Below, piece after piece: positions 10,389 to 18,154 of a stretch of DNA of 32,000 bases (positions are counted from its first letter, which is position 1; every line of letters begins with the position of its first letter). A program made the position numbers and the translations under genes. Under the pieces are notes generated by a model. The model saw only the letters and a program-made list of their open reading frames with translations. It searched no databases and was not told the origin of the DNA. The stretch is from Vibrio alginolyticus NBRC 15630 = ATCC 17749 (GTDB lineage: Bacteria > Pseudomonadota > Gammaproteobacteria > Enterobacterales > Vibrionaceae). The stretch spans positions 1,350,001-1,382,000 of the forward strand of contig NC_022349.1 of assembly GCF_000354175.2 (NCBI RefSeq), in the 5' to 3' direction.

Positions 10389-11339
10389 ATGCGCTTTTCT
10401 ACTACTTTGAGCTTGCTCTTTGCAGGCTTACTTACTGGTTGCTCTTCATATACGCACACCGACTCTCACGCAACCTCAGCGGAAGTCACTAGTTTTTACG
10501 ACTACCAACTATACACCCCTTCTGGCGAGCACATCGCTCTAAGCAAACTGCCAATTGAGCTGCAACAAGCAGATGTCATTCTTATTGGTGAATGGCACAC
10601 ACACGCCGGCGTTCATCGCTTTCAAACCGATATGCTCAAACAACTTACGTCCTACGACCGCTCACTCGCGTTATCTATGGAACAATTTACCCGCGACAAA
10701 CAACCTGTTGTTGACGCTTACCTACGTGGGGAGATCGGCGAACAGTACTTAATGAAACAAGCCAACGCTTGGCCCAATTATGAAAGCGACTATCGCCCTC
10801 TCGTGGAGTTTGCTAAGCAGAAAAATCTCCCGGTCATTGCAGCAAATGCACCAAAGAGCATTGTCCGATGCATTGGTCGACAAGGGCTAGATTACATTAA
10901 CAAGCTCGATGATGATCAGCGGATGTTCATTGCACAAGCCATCAACACTGGTAGTAGTCCGTACAAAGAAAAGTTCATGGCATCCATGCATCACGGTAAG
11001 CCAGAGCAGACGGAAAAACAGTTTGCAGCTCAAGTTACTTGGGATGAAACTATGGCGGAATCTATCGTTAGCTACCTAGACGACAACCCAGGCGCTCAGG
11101 TTGTCCATGTTGCAGGCAAGTTTCACACCGAGCAAGGGTTGGGTACGGCAGCATCAATCTTAAGCCGCAACCCGAGCTTAAAAGTGGTTGTAATTAGCCC
11201 AACAGATAACGTGCTTTCTGATAATACTGACTATCAGTTAGAGGTTCTCGCACCACCAGTACGGTATGTACAAGATGCTCACCGCATGGCGGCATATCAA
11301 CATCTAACTAAACGCAATAACGATCTTCAATGTAAGTAG
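10389..11339 (+). CDS. ChaN-like (haem/iron-associated, PF04187-type) lipoprotein
   Basis: 316 aa; lipobox LLTGC (MRFSTTLSLLFAGLLTGCSS). ADVILIGEWHTHAG, ALSMEQF and VIAANAP motifs resemble the ChaN/cofactor-haem-binding family. Strong SD GGAGG. Confidence 0.75.
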   Translation: MRFSTTLSLLFAGLLTGCSSYTHTDSHATSAEVTSFYDYQLYTPSGEHIALSKLPIELQQADVILIGEWHTHAGVHRFQTDMLKQLTSYDRSLALSMEQFTRDKQPVVDAYLRGEIGEQYLMKQANAWPNYESDYRPLVEFAKQKNLPVIAANAPKSIVRCIGRQGLDYINKLDDDQRMFIAQAINTGSSPYKEKFMASMHHGKPEQTEKQFAAQVTWDETMAESIVSYLDDNPGAQVVHVAGKFHTEQGLGTAASILSRNPSLKVVVISPTDNVLSDNTDYQLEVLAPPVRYVQDAHRMAAYQHLTKRNNDLQCK

Positions 11340-11414
11340 CTGCTCTTCAATTTAAGTTACTACCTTGCCGTTGCGTTGCATCATCACACCGCTCCGAGTT
11401 CATCGAGTGACAAG

Positions 11415-11491
11415 GGTCTGCTTCCTGCTGGTCTATTTTTTGCTAATGATCACCAATAGAAACTAGAAGCGGCAAAAGCAGACCTGTTTTT
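11415..11491 (+). terminator. Long nested hairpin plus U-run (probable terminator of the ChaN-like gene)
   Basis: GGTCTGCTT (11415-11423) pairs with AAGCAGACC (11476-11484), inner TCTATT/AATAGA (11432-11437/11455-11460), followed by TGTTTTT. Confidence 0.45.
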
Positions 11492-11590
11492 ATCCAAATA
11501 GCTTCAGAAATAAACTTTGCCGCCGATAAAAATATAACTGCTTTTTACCCGCACTCAGTGACCGAGTGTCGATGTTCCAAGGAGTATTCG

Positions 11591-11950
11591 ATGAATCCAG
11601 TAGGAAGCACTTCTGTTAATAGCTATGCCAAACAATCTGTCGCCTCTAAACAAGCAAGTATTGCACAAGAAGAAACTAGTGCTTCGCCGCTGAAAGTCGA
11701 ACACAATAAGGTGACGCTTTCGACCGAAGGCAAAGCGCTACTTGCCGCTCTGCAACAAATCGAGCACGACAGCAAGAAAATAGAAGCAGAAGATAAATCT
11801 GTTGGTGAAAAGGTCGAATCTTTCACGCATGGTGCGCTTGGCATGGATCACCCCGATAAAATCGAGAAAGAAGAGGATGGCTCATATTCTGCGGGTCAAT
11901 ACCTTTCTGCGGCACTTACCGTTGGTGGCATCATACTGGCATTAGTCTGA
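11591..11950 (+). CDS. Hypothetical acidic protein with C-terminal hydrophobic tail
   Basis: 119 aa from ATG 11591 with SD AAGGAG (11579-11584). The N-terminal part is low-complexity and S/Q/A-rich. The middle of the protein is rich in E and K. The last 16 residues (YLSAALTVGGIILALV) are hydrophobic and end the protein. No family recognised. Confidence 0.55.
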   Translation: MNPVGSTSVNSYAKQSVASKQASIAQEETSASPLKVEHNKVTLSTEGKALLAALQQIEHDSKKIEAEDKSVGEKVESFTHGALGMDHPDKIEKEEDGSYSAGQYLSAALTVGGIILALV

Positions 11951-12175
11951 TAACCAGTCTGATAATCGTCACGACAACAAATCCTATTTGAACCAAACAC
12001 TTACTGCAGCCCATAATTTAATAGGCCAAAGAACGATATGATGCAAACGTAAGTGAATTCGACCGCTCTTGTGGCCCGATAATACATGCTCGTTTATTGC
12101 TCCCTAAACTAGGTTTCTTGTGAAGGCACTGAATGGATAACTTTAGTCCATGCTTTCAACTCCTAAGCGTAATCC

Positions 12176-12203
12176 AAGCCCACGTTTGTGGGCTTTCTTC
12201 TTT
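12176..12203 (+). terminator. Orphan intrinsic terminator in ORF-free DNA
   Basis: AAGCCCAC-gttt-GTGGGCTT perfect 8-bp stem then TCTTCTTT; 225 nt after the nearest upstream stop codon. Confidence 0.7.
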
Positions 12204-12283
12204 CCAAACTAACGAACGTTACAGAGCGACTCATTTTTTCTGCAAAACCAAACAAAAACGACAATTTGGTTAAACTTTTATTA

Positions 12284-12301
12284 CCGACACAAAACCTTCA
12301 T
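12284..12301 (+). promoter_or_regulatory. Pho-box-like PhoB site in the alkaline phosphatase promoter
   Basis: CCGACACAAAACCTTCAT matches the E. coli Pho box CTGTCATAAAACTGTCAT at 13/18 positions with the 7+4 nt periodicity. TTTAAT (12312-12317) lies at -10 distance, then SD AAGGA (12337-12341) and ATG 12349. Confidence 0.4.
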
Positions 12302-12348
12302 AAATCATTGCTTTAATGCCTGCGCTTTCAATAAACAAGGAAAATATA

Positions 12349-13926
12349 ATGAAGCGCTTAGTATCTCCAATCGTTACGGCAGTGGCTGCATCTACCCTCT
12401 CTTTCAACGCACTCTCAGCTGAAATCAAAAACGTCATTTTGATGATCGGCGACGGCATGGGTCCTCAACAAGTTGGTTTACTCGAGACCTACGCAAAACA
12501 CGCACCTAACTCGGTTTACAAAGGCGAAAGCACAGCGTTATACAAACTCGCTCAAGAAGGTGTGATTGGATCATCACTGACCAATCCAGAAGACGCAATT
12601 GTCGTCGACTCTGCGTGCTCAGCTACGATGCTAGCGACAGGAATCCCTACCGCTTCTGAAGTCATTGGCATTGATAGCCAAGGCAACCATGTCGAAACTA
12701 TTTTGGAAAAAGCCAAAAGTAAAGGTAAAGCAACAGGGCTCGTCTCTGATACGCGTATGACCCACGCAACGCCAGCAGCATTTGCCGCTCATCAACCACA
12801 TCGCTCCCTAGAAAACAGTATTGCGGCGGATATGCTCGAAACAGGCGTAGACGTGATGATGTCTGGGGGACTTCGTCATTGGATTCCAAAGTCGACAAAC
12901 GACAAGGGAGAGACATACGAGCAACTTGAAAAGCTCACTGAAGGTAATGTCTACCTAAAGTCGAAACGTAAAGATGAGCGCAACTTGCTTACTGAGGCGC
13001 AAGACCAAGGTTACAACCTGGCTTTCAGCCGCGATATGCTCACACAAGCTAAAGGTGACAAATTACTTGGACTTTTTGCTTACTCGGGCATGAACGATGG
13101 TATTGCCTACAGTCAAAGCAAAAACGATCCAAAACGCACGCAGCCATCGCTGAAAGAAATGACCACCAAAGCAATCGACATTCTTTCAAAAGACAAAGAC
13201 GGTTTTTTCTTGATGGTTGAAGGCGGCCAAATTGACTGGGCTGGCCACAGTAACGATGCAGGTACGATGCTGCATGAAATGCTTAAATTCGATGAAGCGG
13301 TAAACTCAGTTTATGAGTGGGCAAAAGGCCGTGATGACACCCTGATCATTGTTACTGCTGACCACGAAACCGGCTCTTTTGGCTTTAGCTACTCATCAGC
13401 AAACTTGCCTAAACCACAAAAACGCGACGGCGAAGCATTCAAAAATCAGGATTACGCGCCAAACTTCAACTTTGGTCAGTTCGAGATCCTCGATGGTTTA
13501 TACAACCAAAAGAAAAGTTACTACGGCATGATCAGTGAGTTCCAAGCGCTTGATAAGAAAGAGCAAACTCCAGAGAAGTTTGCGGAAGTCGTGAACGCAA
13601 ATAGCGATTTTTCGATTACGCCTGAGCAAGCAGAACGCGTATTAGCAAGTAAACCAAATCCATACCGACTCGCTGGACACAAATACTTAAGCGAAGAGAA
13701 CGTACCGGCAATCAATGACTTTGATGCTTTCTTTCCTTACAACGACCGTGGCAACTTGCTAGCGCGTGAGCATGCAACAAAGCAAAACACAGTATGGGGG
13801 ACGGGTACTCATACGCATACTCCTGTCAACGTATTTGCTTGGGGACCTGCAGAAACTATCCTTCCAGTATCAAAAATCATGCACCACTCGCAACTAGGCG
13901 AGTACTTGAAGCAACAAATTAAATAA
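12349..13926 (+). CDS. Alkaline phosphatase (PhoA family, long Vibrio-type)
   Basis: 525 aa from ATG 12349. Signal peptide MKRLVSPIVTAVAASTLSFNALSA. Metal/active-site motifs MIGDGMG, nucleophile Ser in DSACSAT, DHETGSFG and GTHTHTPV. The ORF-track start at 12316 would lie upstream of the predicted promoter -10. Confidence 0.92.
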   Translation: MKRLVSPIVTAVAASTLSFNALSAEIKNVILMIGDGMGPQQVGLLETYAKHAPNSVYKGESTALYKLAQEGVIGSSLTNPEDAIVVDSACSATMLATGIPTASEVIGIDSQGNHVETILEKAKSKGKATGLVSDTRMTHATPAAFAAHQPHRSLENSIAADMLETGVDVMMSGGLRHWIPKSTNDKGETYEQLEKLTEGNVYLKSKRKDERNLLTEAQDQGYNLAFSRDMLTQAKGDKLLGLFAYSGMNDGIAYSQSKNDPKRTQPSLKEMTTKAIDILSKDKDGFFLMVEGGQIDWAGHSNDAGTMLHEMLKFDEAVNSVYEWAKGRDDTLIIVTADHETGSFGFSYSSANLPKPQKRDGEAFKNQDYAPNFNFGQFEILDGLYNQKKSYYGMISEFQALDKKEQTPEKFAEVVNANSDFSITPEQAERVLASKPNPYRLAGHKYLSEENVPAINDFDAFFPYNDRGNLLAREHATKQNTVWGTGTHTHTPVNVFAWGPAETILPVSKIMHHSQLGEYLKQQIK

Positions 13927-13962
13927 TCAACTTGCACTTACTTCACAACTCGTGATGTTTCA

Positions 13963-13988
13963 ACGCTCTCGCAAGGGAGCGTTTTTTT
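13963..13988 (+). terminator. Intrinsic terminator after the phosphatase gene
   Basis: ACGCTCTC-gcaa-GGGAGCGT (one G-U) followed by seven T. Confidence 0.85.
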
Positions 13989-14062
13989 ATGCATGAAAAC
14001 AGTTGACGTTTTAAATCGTACACCACAATAATTATGGGTCTTTCATTATATGAATAAAGAAA

Positions 14063-14362
14063 ATGTGCGAAATCTTTGCTAAGCAACCCCAAGACAACTA
14101 TCAGTTCATCACCCGCTCTATCCGTATTGATGGTCACGCGACCAGTGTAAAACTTGAAGCGAGCTTTTGGACAATTCTTGAGGAAATCGCTAGTGCTCAA
14201 AACATGACGGTTCCTAAATTCATAAGCACTGTTTATCAAGAAGCACTCGAATACAATGGTGAAGTGAACAACTTTGCCTCCTTACTTCGATGCGCTTGCC
14301 TCACTTACGCCCGCCAACCTCAAGAGACCACTCGTCAAGCACTTGCGCAACTTAACAGTTAA
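14063..14362 (+). CDS. Ribbon-helix-helix domain protein (RHH_4-like)
   Basis: 99 aa. MCEIFAKQ...TRSIRIDGHATSVKLEASFWTILEEIA...FASLLRCACLTY matches my recollection of the PF13467 RHH_4 family pattern (MC.IF ... R.V.L.GH.TS.RLE..FW..L..IA ... NF.S.LR). Confidence 0.65.
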   Translation: MCEIFAKQPQDNYQFITRSIRIDGHATSVKLEASFWTILEEIASAQNMTVPKFISTVYQEALEYNGEVNNFASLLRCACLTYARQPQETTRQALAQLNS

Positions 14363-14502
14363 TAGCAACCAACCGACCAATAACCATCCTAGGCTATGCA
14401 TCCGTATTATAAACCCTTGAGCATCTTCTAATTTGTCGTACTAGAGTACTACCCAGACTCCTTTTGAAATCGCTAACCTGTGCGGACTATCAAGGAGTAC
14501 CT

Positions 14503-14898
14503 ATGACAAAAATGATTCACACCATGATCCGAGTAAGTGATCTGGACCGCTCTCTACAATTTTACTGTGACGTACTTGAACTAGAAGTCGCTGATCAATA
14601 CATCTTTGATGGCTTTTCTCTAACCTATCTAGCCAACCAAGAAACTGGCTTTGAATTGGAACTGACGCACAATCACGACCAAAGTGAGCCCTACACTCAC
14701 GGCTCAGGTTACGGCCACCTTGCCGTCAGCGTGGAGGACATTGAACAAGCCCACAAACGCATTAAATCTCTCGGCATTGAAACTGGTGACATCAAAGCCT
14801 TTGACCATCAACAAAAGCATTTAGCAACGTTCTTTTTTGTAACCGACCCTGATGGTTACAAAATTGAGTTCCTGCAACGCCAAGGGCGTTACCTATAA
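14503..14898 (+). CDS. VOC-family protein, glyoxalase I (lactoylglutathione lyase)-like
   Basis: 131 aa from ATG 14503 with SD AAGGAG (14492-14497). H-E-H-E metal ligand pattern is readable (IHTMIRV, ELELTHN, YGHLAV, YKIEFLQ). ORF-track start 14464 adds 13 unsupported residues. Confidence 0.85.
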   Translation: MTKMIHTMIRVSDLDRSLQFYCDVLELEVADQYIFDGFSLTYLANQETGFELELTHNHDQSEPYTHGSGYGHLAVSVEDIEQAHKRIKSLGIETGDIKAFDHQQKHLATFFFVTDPDGYKIEFLQRQGRYL

Positions 14899-14915
14899 CA
14901 AAAAGAGTAAACATT

Positions 14916-15200
14916 ATGATTCACTTGACGGCTACCTTTCATGCACAACCGGGAAAAGAACAAGAGTTGAAAGAGGTACTTACCCGAGCGCTTGAACCTA
15001 CTCGCAATGAAGAAGGTTGCGTTCGTTATCAATTGTTCCAAGATAAAGACAATACATGCCACTTCGTTTTTCAGGAGCAATTTAAAAACCAACAAGCATT
15101 TGAGCTTCATGGTAAAACAGAACACTTTGCTCTTTTGATTAGCCAGATCGACAACTTGTTAGAATGCGAGCCGAAACTGGTGTTCTTTAACGAACTGTAA
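14916..15200 (+). CDS. Antibiotic-biosynthesis-monooxygenase (ABM) domain protein, YgiN-like quinol monooxygenase
   Basis: 94 aa ferredoxin-like ABM pattern (EPGCxxY-like NEEGCVRYQLFQD, FVFQEQFKNQQAFELH); starts 17 nt after the VOC gene stop, so likely co-transcribed. Confidence 0.8.
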   Translation: MIHLTATFHAQPGKEQELKEVLTRALEPTRNEEGCVRYQLFQDKDNTCHFVFQEQFKNQQAFELHGKTEHFALLISQIDNLLECEPKLVFFNEL

Positions 15201-15221
15201 CTATGGCGCTAACCGAAGATC

Positions 15222-15250
15222 AAAAAGGGCACTCTACCTAGAGTGCCTTT
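15222..15250. terminator. Bidirectional terminator between ABM gene and mscS-family gene
   Basis: AAAAA-GGCACTCTA-cc-TAGAGTGCC-TTT; stem flanked by A-run and T-run between convergent genes. Confidence 0.75.
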
Positions 15251-15269
15251 CACTTGTTGGGACCTGTGA

Positions 15270-16949
15270 TTAGGCGTCTTGCTTCTCCACCATATGCAAA
15301 TGCACATCTTGTTGTGGGAAAGGAATCGAAATACCTTCTCGGTCGAAGCGTAGTTTCACCTCTTTTGTCACATCCCAGTATACATCCCAGTAATCATCCG
15401 TTTTTACCCAAGGACGCACAATAAAATCTACAGAAGACGTATTTAATGTATGAACTTTGATCATTGGCTCTGGAGTGCGAAGTACCGAAGGGTGAGAGGT
15501 AATGATATCAGACAATACTGACTCCGCTTTTAAGAGGTCATCCGCATAGCCAATGCCAAACACCATATCCACGCGGCGAATGCGTTCATGCGTGACGTTC
15601 TTAATAACATCTCCCCAGATTTTGCTGTTAGGAACAATAATAATTTGGTTATCAAACGTACGGATTGTGGTGTTCACCAAACTCATATGGCTTACCTTGC
15701 CATCCACACCGCCAGCATACACAAAATCACCAACATCAAATGGGCGATAAATAAGCAGCATCATACCCGCCGCGAAGTTGGATAACGTGTCTTGCAACGC
15801 GAAACCAATAATCACACCAGCAATACCGAAACCGGTTAGGATTGGCGCTAGGTTCAAACCAAGCTGAGATAAGCCCACCATGATACCGATCACCCACACG
15901 AATTTGCCGGACATCGAGATAAAGAAGTCCTGCATCAAGTGGGAAAGTTTTAAGTTTTTCGATGCAACTGCTTTACGGACGACTTTGCGAGTTAACTTAG
16001 CCAGTCCGCGAGCGATCAATAAAATCAGCGCAAAAACAAACAACTGGAAGATATGCTGCGGTGCATTCTCGGCAAACCAATCCAGTGCCGAGTTGGACCA
16101 GTGACTCAGTATTGACCACACAACTTTGGTATTCAGTAAATCATGGGTGATATTACCCGTCACTTCAAAAATTTGGCGTTTGTATTCAGACGTTTCTAAA
16201 CCGACTTTATCACCAATTGAAATCAGGTTGCGTAAGCTTTCTGTCGCAATATTTAGCCTTTGTTTAGTAATGAGCTGACTAAGTTGCAACGACGCTTTTT
16301 CCGACTCTGGGCTAGACGAAAGTTGGGAGCCAATGATCTCACTTTGCTGACTCAAGTACTCAATTGAAGCAGACAGTAAGCGCATACGTTTATCAATTTT
16401 ATCTTTTAGTTCCGCTTCTGCGCGCTCGTTTTGGGCCCCTAGCTCCTTCAACCAAGCGAGATTTTGCCAGCTCGAATCGAAGCTAACATCAAGATAACGC
16501 TGTAGCTCTCGATAATCATTAACAAGAGCAAGCTTCTCTTCATCCTTAGCCTTATTTAAATCCTCGACGACTTTCTTTATTTTTTCCGATAGATAGTTCG
16601 TCGCATCCTCAGAGTATTGTTCTTGTTTTTTAACTAGCAAGATCAGCTTGTCGCGAGAGATAGTTTCACGTTCAATCGCTGACGCTAACTGGCTTCTTAA
16701 TTCTTCATTCTTTTGGAATAGTTGCAGTTGAAGGGCATCACGCTCGTCGCCACTCGCTTGCGAGAGGCTTTGGGATAAATCCACAATCTCTCGGTTCAAG
16801 TTGTCAATCGAGATTTCGGCAGCAGAAGGCTCTTGGATATCGTCAGTAGCAGTCGCATGAACAGCCATTGGGGAGAACATAATGACGGCAAGTGCGAATA
16901 ATGTCACCCAAGATGTCAGGCGCAGTTTCTGGGGGAAATGAAACGTCAT
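15270..16949 (-). CDS. Mechanosensitive ion channel, MscS family, with long periplasmic coiled-coil N-domain
   Basis: 559 aa from ATG 16949 (SD GAGGT). Signal-like N-terminus ending VHA-TATDD, about 250 aa heptad-rich region, several TM helices, then the MscS core (LSNFAAGMMLLIYRPFDVGDFV ... VNTTIRTFDNQIIIVPNSKI). Confidence 0.9.
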   Translation of the reverse strand: MTFHFPQKLRLTSWVTLFALAVIMFSPMAVHATATDDIQEPSAAEISIDNLNREIVDLSQSLSQASGDERDALQLQLFQKNEELRSQLASAIERETISRDKLILLVKKQEQYSEDATNYLSEKIKKVVEDLNKAKDEEKLALVNDYRELQRYLDVSFDSSWQNLAWLKELGAQNERAEAELKDKIDKRMRLLSASIEYLSQQSEIIGSQLSSSPESEKASLQLSQLITKQRLNIATESLRNLISIGDKVGLETSEYKRQIFEVTGNITHDLLNTKVVWSILSHWSNSALDWFAENAPQHIFQLFVFALILLIARGLAKLTRKVVRKAVASKNLKLSHLMQDFFISMSGKFVWVIGIMVGLSQLGLNLAPILTGFGIAGVIIGFALQDTLSNFAAGMMLLIYRPFDVGDFVYAGGVDGKVSHMSLVNTTIRTFDNQIIIVPNSKIWGDVIKNVTHERIRRVDMVFGIGYADDLLKAESVLSDIITSHPSVLRTPEPMIKVHTLNTSSVDFIVRPWVKTDDYWDVYWDVTKEVKLRFDREGISIPFPQQDVHLHMVEKQDA

Positions 16950-17095
16950 GTTTACCTCATAGGGAACAATCCTGATCAAAACAATCAGGAATAGAAGTGT
17001 AAAGCGTTGAAATCATACTCCTAAGTTTACAACACTAAATAATAAACTGAGCAGCATTTCGTTAGCGAGACGTCAAAGTTGGGAGCCCCAATAGC

Positions 17096-17132
17096 AAACA
17101 AGCCTTTCATTTAATCAATGAAAGGCTTGTTT
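17096..17132 (-). terminator. Perfect 16-bp hairpin after ycgN
   Basis: AAACAAGCCTTTCATT-taatc-AATGAAAGGCTTGTTT, 9 nt past the ycgN stop; the T-rich ends of the stem act as the U-tract. Confidence 0.65.
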
Positions 17133-17140
17133 GTATTCGA

Positions 17141-17581
17141 CTAAGGACGGTTGGGATGATTTAAAATATGGTCTTCCCAATCCACCACATCAATCTCGTA
17201 AACAACTTTGTTACGGACACTTTCCCCTGCCGCATGCATTGCGGACTTAGAGCCGGTAATCAACGGATGCCATTCTGGTAAAGGCTGCTTTTCAGCCAAC
17301 AGACGGTAAGCGCACGTGTGTGGCAGCCAAGTAAAATCGTCGATGTCTTCTCGGGTCAGCTTGGTGCACTCTTCACCCGAAGTGAAACGGTTTGGGTAAT
17401 CCTTACATGAACACGTTTTACTGTTCAGCCAGCTACAAGCCACATTGGTATAGTAGATTTCATCGGTATCTTCATCCATAAGCTTATGCAAACAACATTT
17501 GCCACAACCATCACAGAGAGATTCCCATTCCTCTTCTGTCATCTGCTCTAACGATTTACTTTGCCAAAATGGAGTGCTCAT
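17141..17581 (-). CDS. ycgN: YcgN (UPF0260) CxxCxxCC cysteine-cluster protein
   Basis: 146 aa; [45 protein letters not shown] nearly identical in pattern to E. coli YcgN as I recall it. Confidence 0.9.
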   Translation of the reverse strand: MSTPFWQSKSLEQMTEEEWESLCDGCGKCCLHKLMDEDTDEIYYTNVACSWLNSKTCSCKDYPNRFTSGEECTKLTREDIDDFTWLPHTCAYRLLAEKQPLPEWHPLITGSKSAMHAAGESVRNKVVYEIDVVDWEDHILNHPNRP

Positions 17582-17769
17582 ACTTCAGGTCTCACCAAGG
17601 GAATTTAGGGGGCGATTTATACTCTTCTCAACGCAAAAGTTCAAGTTTTGAGAAGATCTTGCATCCTTCCCACATAACGGTGGAGATATTCAACTACTTT
17701 CGTTTTACTGTTCTATCCTTAAACAAGTTTCCATTACTCAATTGATCAAGAAGGCATTAAGGAGTTTTC

Positions 17770-18018
17770 ATGGGTATTATTTCTTGGATTATTTTGGGCT
17801 TAATCGCCGGCGCACTTGCTAAATGGCTCATGCCAGGAAAAGATGGGGGCGGTTGGATTGCAACAATGTTACTTGGTATTGCAGGGGCATTTGTAGGTGG
17901 CTTCCTTGGCGGCATTCTCGGTTTCGGCGGAGCAACTGGCGTCAACATTGGTAGTATCATTACCGCAACACTAGGCGCATTTATTCTGTTGTTTGTTTAT
18001 AACCGTTTCTTAAAATAA
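17770..18018 (+). CDS. GlsB/YeaQ/YmgE-family small stress membrane protein
   Basis: 82 aa; MGIISWIILGLIAGALAKWLMPGKDGGGWI... glycine-zipper TM pattern of the transglycosylase-associated family; SD AAGGAG. Confidence 0.88.
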   Translation: MGIISWIILGLIAGALAKWLMPGKDGGGWIATMLLGIAGAFVGGFLGGILGFGGATGVNIGSIITATLGAFILLFVYNRFLK

Positions 18019-18046
18019 TCACGATGATTTAAAAGCAAAAAACCAA

Positions 18047-18084
18047 AAAGGGAGCGTAATGTTAAGCGCGCCCTTTTATTTTTT
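18047..18084 (+). terminator. Intrinsic terminator after the yeaQ-like gene
   Basis: AAAGGGAGCG-loop-CGCGCCCTTT (one mismatch) followed by TTTTATTTTTT. Confidence 0.7.
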
Positions 18085-18154
18085 CTTTCTTCACTCTTCC
18101 AATCCACGTCAAAATGACCATAATTGCCCCCTTAATTTTTAAGAGGTTTACATT

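Noticed and set aside
11903-11950. C-terminal hydrophobic tail of the orphan protein as a GlyGly-CTERM / rhombosortase or PEP-CTERM sorting signal
   Set aside because: A GG pair is present (TVGGIILALV), but only 6 hydrophobic residues follow it and there is no terminal basic cluster. The motif architecture does not fit either sorting signal.
13943-14239. 98-aa minus-strand ORF overlapping the start of the RHH gene
   Set aside because: It is antisense to the RHH_4-like gene, which has a family-typical sequence. It would also run into the region holding the phosphatase terminator and the likely RHH promoter. No SD.
17757-17960. 67-aa Pro-rich ORF antisense to the yeaQ-like gene
   Set aside because: It is a mirror frame of a Gly-rich (GGN) membrane protein, which reads as Pro-rich (NCC) on the other strand. 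This is an artefact of composition.
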